Shown one piece after another: positions 38,701-44,333 of a stretch of DNA of 44,333 nt. Source of the DNA: Thermotogota bacterium (GTDB lineage Bacteria > Thermotogota > Thermotogae > Petrotogales > Petrotogaceae); assembly GCA_051748045.1 (NCBI GenBank), contig JBNJGY010000012.1:1-44333 (forward strand), given 5' to 3'. Made by a program: the position numbers and the translations under genes. The notes beneath the pieces were generated by a model, which saw only the letters and a list, made by a program, of their open reading frames with translations, did no database searches and was not told the origin of the DNA. How positions within the stretch are numbered: the stretch's first letter is position 1; every line of letters begins with the position of its first letter.

Positions 38701-40560
38701 TTGATGAAAAAACTTTTAGTTTTTCTTATGGTATCTGTTTTTGCATTTGCAGCTTTTGCTGAAGTAATGAATCCAGATACTATTAATCATGTAACTTTTG
38801 GTGATGCAGATACTTTAGATCCACATTATGCATACGACACTTCAAGTAACGAAATTATTTGGAATGTTTATGACGCTTTAATCGCTTATGATGGTGAAAG
38901 TATTAATGATTTCGTTCCAATGCTTTCAACAAATGTTCCTTCAGAAGAAGAGGGTACAATTATCAACGACGGTAAAACATATGTTTTCAAAATTAGAGAT
39001 GGTGTTAAATTCCATAACGGAAATGATTTAACTCCTGAAGACATCGAATACACAATAGAAAGAGGAATCATTTTTGGTTCATCAGCAGGACCTGCTTATA
39101 TGTTCGTAAGTAAAATTACAGGACATTCATATGTAACTGATTTTTTTGAAGCAGTAACTGGTGTAGAATGGGCAGAAGCAGTAGATGAAGAAGGAAATGC
39201 TGTTTCAGAACATAAAGAAACATTAATGAACTTCTATAAAGAAGAAATAGATCCAAGAGTAGAAGTTAAAGGTGACGAAGTACATGTTCACCTTGTTGAA
39301 CCATCAGCTTCATTCTTATACATAATGTCACACGCTGGTGGCTGGGCTTCAATGATGGATAAAGAATGGATGACAGAAACAGGAGCATGGAATGGAGAAG
39401 CAGATGGATGGTGGAAATATCAAGATCCACAAAAAGAAGATTCTCCAATTTATGAAGTTGCTATGGGAACAGGACCATACAAATTAGTTAGTTGGGATAA
39501 AGCGCAACAAAGAATTGTATTAGAAAGATATGAAGATTACTGGAGAGGTTCAGCACCTATAAAAGATGTAGTTAGAATGGGTGTAGATGAATGGTCAACA
39601 AGTAGAACTATGATTGAAAGAGGAGAAGCAGATCTAGTTGCTGAAAGAGCTCTTTATTATGAACAAATGATAGGTAGAGAAGATGAAGGTATAAAAGTTG
39701 TTGAAGGTTTACCTGAATTAACTACTATAGTTTTAAATGTTACATGGACAATTAAAGAAAATTCAGATTATATCTACAGTGGAAGATTAGACGGAGAAGG
39801 TATACCAAACGATTTCTTTAAAGATGTTAATGTAAGAAGAGCATTCCAACACGCAGTAGATTATCAATCATTGATTGACGATTTATTATATGGACATGGA
39901 GATAGATTAGCAACAGCTTTGGCAGCTCCATTAATGGGAACATCAGATGAAGTTAAAATGCCTGAATTTAATTTAGATGAAGCTGAAAAATACTTCAGAA
40001 GAGCATACAGAGGACAAGTATGGGATAACGGATTTAAAGTTGCTGTTCTTTACAATGTAGGTAACGACGTTAGACAGACTGTTGCTGAAATGTTAAGAGA
40101 CAATTTAGCAAAAATTAATCCTAAATTCCAAGTTGAAGTTGTTGGATTACAATGGCCAGCATTCTTAGATGCACAAATCAATAAAGAAATGCCAGCATAT
40201 ACATTAGGTTGGGTATCAGATTATCCTGATCCTACAAACTTCTTAGATGTTTATTATGCAAGCTATGGATATTATGGTAGTTCATATGGAGAAGACTATG
40301 ACAGATATGCAAGACAACCTAACCCAGAATTAGGTGGAGTATCAATAGACGCATTCTTAAAAGATGCTTCAAAAGAATTGGATCCTGAAACAAGAGAAAG
40401 AAAATATGTTCAATTCCAAAAAGCTATCGATGAAGAAGCAATTGTTATTCCTCTTTATCAACCATCTGGTATGAGATTCATGAGAACTTGGATCGATGGA
40501 TTTATATTCAATCCTATAAGACCAGGATACTATTACTGGGAACTAGATAAAGTAGAATAA
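38701..40560 (+). CDS. oppA: ABC transporter substrate-binding protein, family 5 (OppA/DppA)
   Basis: Signal peptide ending AFA; TLDPHYAYD, IRDGVKFHNG, GTGPYKL, GWVSDYPDP. Confidence 0.93.
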   Translation: MMKKLLVFLMVSVFAFAAFAEVMNPDTINHVTFGDADTLDPHYAYDTSSNEIIWNVYDALIAYDGESINDFVPMLSTNVPSEEEGTIINDGKTYVFKIRDGVKFHNGNDLTPEDIEYTIERGIIFGSSAGPAYMFVSKITGHSYVTDFFEAVTGVEWAEAVDEEGNAVSEHKETLMNFYKEEIDPRVEVKGDEVHVHLVEPSASFLYIMSHAGGWASMMDKEWMTETGAWNGEADGWWKYQDPQKEDSPIYEVAMGTGPYKLVSWDKAQQRIVLERYEDYWRGSAPIKDVVRMGVDEWSTSRTMIERGEADLVAERALYYEQMIGREDEGIKVVEGLPELTTIVLNVTWTIKENSDYIYSGRLDGEGIPNDFFKDVNVRRAFQHAVDYQSLIDDLLYGHGDRLATALAAPLMGTSDEVKMPEFNLDEAEKYFRRAYRGQVWDNGFKVAVLYNVGNDVRQTVAEMLRDNLAKINPKFQVEVVGLQWPAFLDAQINKEMPAYTLGWVSDYPDPTNFLDVYYASYGYYGSSYGEDYDRYARQPNPELGGVSIDAFLKDASKELDPETRERKYVQFQKAIDEEAIVIPLYQPSGMRFMRTWIDGFIFNPIRPGYYYWELDKVE

Positions 40561-40577
40561 AAAATTAATATATGAGG

Positions 40578-40608
40578 GGAGGAGGGATAAGTATCCCTTC
40601 TCCTTTTT
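40578..40608 (+). terminator. Intra-operon stem-loop after oppA
   Basis: ggaggagggata/tatcccttctcc stem followed by TTTTT. Confidence 0.75.
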
Positions 40609-40642
40609 CTTTAAAATTATGTAATATTTGGAGGTGGTTTCT

Positions 40643-41680
40643 TTGACCGCGTATATTATTAGAAGGTTATTATTAATTCCTATCCTTCTTTTAGCTGTTA
40701 CAATGATTGTTTTTTCTATGAGCCAATTACTTGGGCCTAACAAGCTAATGGCAGCTTATGTTAATCCTAATGTTGCTGAAAGAATGAGTCCAGAACAATG
40801 GGAAGACTTAAAAGAGAAATATGGATTAAATGACCCTCTTCCTATTAGATATGCAAAATGGCTAGGAAATACTTTGCAAGGAGATTTAGGTTGGTCGCAG
40901 GTAGGCGCAGCTCCTGTGCTAGAGGCTATTACTTCAAGGCTACCATATTCGATAGAAATAGCTTTATGGGCATTGTTACCTATATTGGGTTTTTCTATTT
41001 GGTTAGGGGTTAAAGTAGCCGTACGGCAAAATTCTTGGTTAGACCATACTGCTAGAATAGTTGTTTTAATAGGGTGGTCGTTACCAGACTTTGTTTTTGG
41101 TATATTTATCTTATTATTAACCTACGGAGTTCTTGGATGGTTCCCACCAGGGATATTAAGTAATTCTTCTCAATCAATTCTGGCAAGTGCTGATTATCAT
41201 CAGATCACTAATATTTTAACATTAGATGCAATTCTTAATTGGCGTTGGGATGTTTTTATTGATGCCATAAGACATTTAATAGCTCCTGTATTAACTATAT
41301 CTTACTTATGGTGGGCCTTCTTAGTAAGAATTACTAGAGCATCAATGTTGGAAGTCTTAAGAAAAGATTATGTTAGAACTGCAAGAGCAAAAGGTGTATC
41401 AGAGAAAAACGTTATAAACAAACATGCAAAAAAGAACGCTTTGATACCAGTTGTAACTGTTTCGGGACAAATGATAATTGGACTAATAATGGGTGTAATT
41501 ATTGTTGAAACGGTTTTTAATAGACCAGGTTTCGGGAGATTAACCGCGCAAGCCGCACAAAGATTGGATTATTCAACAGTTATGGGATCATTGCTTTTTT
41601 CAGCGATGATTATGATTGTAGGGAACTTGATTATTGACATAATATATGCTCTTATTGATCCAAGAATAAGGCTTGAGTGA
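40643..41680 (+). CDS. oppB: Oligopeptide-type ABC permease
   Basis: YIIRRLL, GDLGWS, DYVRTARAKG, ETVFNRPGFG, DPRIR. TTG 40643 follows GGAGGTG. Confidence 0.93.
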   Translation: MTAYIIRRLLLIPILLLAVTMIVFSMSQLLGPNKLMAAYVNPNVAERMSPEQWEDLKEKYGLNDPLPIRYAKWLGNTLQGDLGWSQVGAAPVLEAITSRLPYSIEIALWALLPILGFSIWLGVKVAVRQNSWLDHTARIVVLIGWSLPDFVFGIFILLLTYGVLGWFPPGILSNSSQSILASADYHQITNILTLDAILNWRWDVFIDAIRHLIAPVLTISYLWWAFLVRITRASMLEVLRKDYVRTARAKGVSEKNVINKHAKKNALIPVVTVSGQMIIGLIMGVIIVETVFNRPGFGRLTAQAAQRLDYSTVMGSLLFSAMIMIVGNLIIDIIYALIDPRIRLE

Positions 41681-41691
41681 GGTGATGATTT

Positions 41692-43005
41692 GTGAATAAG
41701 GAAGAATTTAGAAGAGCACTAAGAAAAATTGTTAAAAATCCTTCAGCGATGTTGGGGTTTGTTTTATTAATATTTTTTATAATAATTGCAATATTAGCAC
41801 CCGTCTTAGCACCCGCAGAAGTGCCTATTAATGATAATCTTCAACAAATAGAATTTTTATTAGAAGATTATGAACCAGAAAATAAAGAACAAATTATTAG
41901 TAGCTTACAAACCTTTTTAGATGATGAATACTATTATACTTTTCTAGATTATGATGCTATTCTTGAACTTGAAGAGAAACTTAATCAATTTAAAGAATTA
42001 GAAATAGACGCCAATGAATTTGAACAGTATTTACAAGAATTAACAGATCAATACATATTAGAAGGTTATATATTAGATGAATTTAGAGAAGACCAGAATA
42101 TAGGTGTTGATGAAATAGAAAATAAAATAAAAAATCAAAAAGAAAAATATAGAAGAGGAAAAAGGCTAGAAGAAAATATTTCAGAACTAAAATCTTTAGA
42201 AGGAGAGAACTTCTTAAATGAAGCTGAAGAAATTTATGAGCGTACATATAAAGATTATATGAATAATATAAACTATGATCCATTTATTATGAGAAGAGTT
42301 AGCCAAAGAAATGAACCTCAACCTCCATCAGAAGAATTCGCCTTTGGAATAACTTCTGGAAGAGATATTTATTATGGAGTAGTTTGGGGAACTAGAACAG
42401 CATTCAAGATTGGGTTAGTTGTGGTTTCTATTGCTACAATTGTTGGTTTATTTATCGGTTCTATAGCAGCTTATTTTGGTGGTTGGGTTGATGAAATATT
42501 AATGAGGATCACCGATATATTTTTATCAATACCTTTCTTCTTAGGAGCGATGGTTATTACTACAGTTCTTGGGACAGGGCTGGATAAAGTAATAATATCG
42601 ATGACTATATTAGGGTGGATGACTACTGCAAGGCTTATTAGAGGTAATATTTTACAAGAAAAAAATGAACAATATGTTTTAGCTGCAAAAGCTTTGGGAG
42701 TTAGCAACGCTAAAATAATTGTATTTCAAATTTTACCCAATACAATTTTCCCAGTTGTAGTCCAAGCATCTATGAGAATTGGATCGTTAGTTATTACCGC
42801 TGCTGCGTTGAGCTTTTTAGGTTTAGGAGCTCCACAAGGTTATGCTGATTGGGGATCAATATTATCTTATGCTAGAGATTGGATGGCAATTGAATACTGG
42901 TATATAATCGTGTTTCCAGGAATTGCTATGATCTTATTTGTTCTTTCATGGAACTTGGTTGGGGATGCATTAAGAGATATATTTGATCCTAAAATGAAGA
43001 TGTAG
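41692..43005 (+). CDS. oppC: Oligopeptide-type ABC permease with large insertion
   Basis: GRDIYYGVVWGTR, YVLAAKALG, ALSFLGLG, GDALRDIFDP. Confidence 0.92.
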   Translation: MNKEEFRRALRKIVKNPSAMLGFVLLIFFIIIAILAPVLAPAEVPINDNLQQIEFLLEDYEPENKEQIISSLQTFLDDEYYYTFLDYDAILELEEKLNQFKELEIDANEFEQYLQELTDQYILEGYILDEFREDQNIGVDEIENKIKNQKEKYRRGKRLEENISELKSLEGENFLNEAEEIYERTYKDYMNNINYDPFIMRRVSQRNEPQPPSEEFAFGITSGRDIYYGVVWGTRTAFKIGLVVVSIATIVGLFIGSIAAYFGGWVDEILMRITDIFLSIPFFLGAMVITTVLGTGLDKVIISMTILGWMTTARLIRGNILQEKNEQYVLAAKALGVSNAKIIVFQILPNTIFPVVVQASMRIGSLVITAAALSFLGLGAPQGYADWGSILSYARDWMAIEYWYIIVFPGIAMILFVLSWNLVGDALRDIFDPKMKM

Positions 43006-43019
43006 CGGGAGGAGATAAT

Positions 43020-44045
43020 GTGAATAATAATAATAGCGACATTTTATTAAAAGTCGAAAATTTAAAGACTCATTTTAAAACTGAAGACGGAATAGTAAAA
43101 GCAGTAAATGGTCTTGATTTTGAACTATCAAAAGGTGAAACTCTTTCTATAGTTGGTGAATCAGGTTCTGGGAAGTCCGTTACTGCCTTGAGTATAATGA
43201 AATTATTGGATGAAAATGGGTATATAGCTGAAGGAAAAGTTGTTTTAAAAGGGAAAGAAATTACTAATTATAATAGTAAACAAATGAGAAAGATAAGAGG
43301 TAACGATATAGGTATGATATTCCAAGAGCCTATGACAGCTTTGAATCCTCTTTTTACTATTGGTTATCAGATTATGGAACCTATTTTAATTCATTTGGAT
43401 AAAAACAAAAAAGAAGCAAAGCAACTAGCTATAGATCTTTTAAGAAAAGTAGGTATACCTGAACCAGAAAAAAGAGTAGATCAATACCCACATGAATTAT
43501 CTGGGGGTATGAGACAGAGGGCTATGGTAGCTATGTCTTTATCTTGTAATCCTTCAATACTAATTGCAGATGAACCTACAACTGCTTTAGATGTAACTAT
43601 ACAAGCCCAAATATTAGACCTTATAAAAAAATTACAAGATGAAATGGGAATGGCTGTAATATTTATTACACATGACCTAGGAGTTGTTGCAGAAATTTCT
43701 GATAGAGCTATTGTCATGTATGGGGGAGAAATTTTTGAAAGAGGAAATATTATAGACATTTATAAAAATCCAAGAAATCCTTATACATGGGGTCTAATGA
43801 ACTCAATACCAAGAATAGACGTAGATAAAGAAAAATTGTGGGCTATTCCTGGCTCTGTACCAAGTGCTATGAATTTTCCTAAAGGTTGTAAATTCGCCAA
43901 TAGATGTTTTTTGGCTGAAGAAAAATGTAATGTAGAGCATCCAGATATTCAAGTTATAGAAGGAGAACATAAATCTAGATGTTTCTATATAGATAAATTG
44001 GTTGAAGAAATCGAGAAAGTAAAGGCCGGTGAATCAAATGGATAA
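43020..44045 (+). CDS. oppD: Oligopeptide ABC ATPase
   Basis: [32 protein letters not shown]-terminal Cys cluster GCKFANRC...C...C. Confidence 0.95.
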   Translation: MNNNNSDILLKVENLKTHFKTEDGIVKAVNGLDFELSKGETLSIVGESGSGKSVTALSIMKLLDENGYIAEGKVVLKGKEITNYNSKQMRKIRGNDIGMIFQEPMTALNPLFTIGYQIMEPILIHLDKNKKEAKQLAIDLLRKVGIPEPEKRVDQYPHELSGGMRQRAMVAMSLSCNPSILIADEPTTALDVTIQAQILDLIKKLQDEMGMAVIFITHDLGVVAEISDRAIVMYGGEIFERGNIIDIYKNPRNPYTWGLMNSIPRIDVDKEKLWAIPGSVPSAMNFPKGCKFANRCFLAEEKCNVEHPDIQVIEGEHKSRCFYIDKLVEEIEKVKAGESNG

Positions 44046-44235
44046 AAAAACGCCATTACTTGAGGTTGAAAATTTAAAAAAATATTTTCCTGTTAGAGCA
44101 GGTGTTTTCAAAAAAGTAGTGAATCAGGTACAAGCTGTAGACGATATATCATTCAAAGTTAACCCTGGTGAAACCCTAGGTCTTGTTGGAGAGTCTGGTT
44201 GTGGAAAAAGTACAACTGGTTTATCAATTTTAAGA
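44038..44235 (+). CDS. oppF: Oligopeptide ABC ATPase, 5' fragment interrupted at about 44235
   Basis: [30 protein letters not shown]; homology stops after SILR, and a stop follows at 44266-44268. Confidence 0.85.
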
Positions 44236-44333
44236 GTGCCCGCAAGGTCTTTAGTTGATGGCCGGTAACGCCTCGTTTTTGCAGCAATGCAGGCAGAAAC
44301 TGGTCTATGATGCCCCCCAGGTCATGCTCAATG
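44228..44333 (-). mobile_element. Foreign GC-rich fragment resembling the N-terminus of an IS91-family transposase
   Basis: About 54% GC by hand count (44236-44333). The minus frame from 44332 reads [35 protein letters not shown]. Confidence 0.5.

Noticed and set aside
43008-43023. Start-stop mini-ORF (ATG TGA) overlapping the oppD GTG start
   Set aside because: It arises trivially from the sequence ATGTGA; there is no evidence of function without conservation data.
886-43759. Many 60-125 aa ORFs antisense to or overlapping known genes (e.g. 886-1125, 8132-8473, 14956-15330, 37856-38227, 43481-43759)
   Set aside because: These are shadow frames of conserved genes with S/F/I/L-biased composition and no recognisable motifs.
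44236-44333. Group II intron 5' end inserted in oppF
   Set aside because: It starts GTGCC rather than GUGYG, no domain I fold is evident, and the opposite strand has a convincing protein-like frame.
1-44333. CRISPR array, prophage, integrase or defence island
   Set aside because: No regularly spaced direct repeats and no cas, phage or integrase genes were seen; gene content is housekeeping.

Overview
This is an AT-rich (roughly 28-30% GC by eye) core-genome window from a Thermotogota bacterium, most likely Petrotogales (Geotoga/Petrotoga/Oceanotoga-like). The assignment is inferred from the Thermotoga-type RNase P RNA, DHFR, stand-alone PduL, non-lipoprotein OppA and diderm P/L-ring genes. 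In order, the window holds: the 3' part of rnpB; prfA-hyp-thrS (-); yceD-rpmF-plsX-glmS-rsfS-(t44 leader)-rpsB-miaB (+); recJ-DUF3343-yqgF-mreB/mbl-flgF-flgG-flgA-flgH-flgI-flgJ (-); folA (-); ansA-TPR membrane protein-tsaB (+); sigH-RodZ-like-leuS-rex-hydrolase (-); tRNA-Thr and tRNA-Gly; exonuclease-phoH2-DUF4911-tandem yqeG-yqeH-pduL (-); an aminotransferase (+); rluA-DUF5693-anti-sigma (-); an orphan wHTH gene; tRNA-Val; and oppABCDF (+). I see no CRISPR array, prophage or defence island, and no clearly new multi-gene system. The best leads are: (1) an RNase P RNA with helix P18 cleanly absent; (2) RecJ fused to an apparently dead RecQ-like helicase; (3) two exported proteins that appear to start at ATC/ATT codons; (4) a tandem two-domain YqeG phosphatase; (5) an HTH-less RodZ-like gene coupled to sigH; (6) a GC-rich IS91-transposase-like fragment that truncates oppF in the last ~100 nt, probably a chimeric contig end. 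All family calls come from motif recognition, not database searches.
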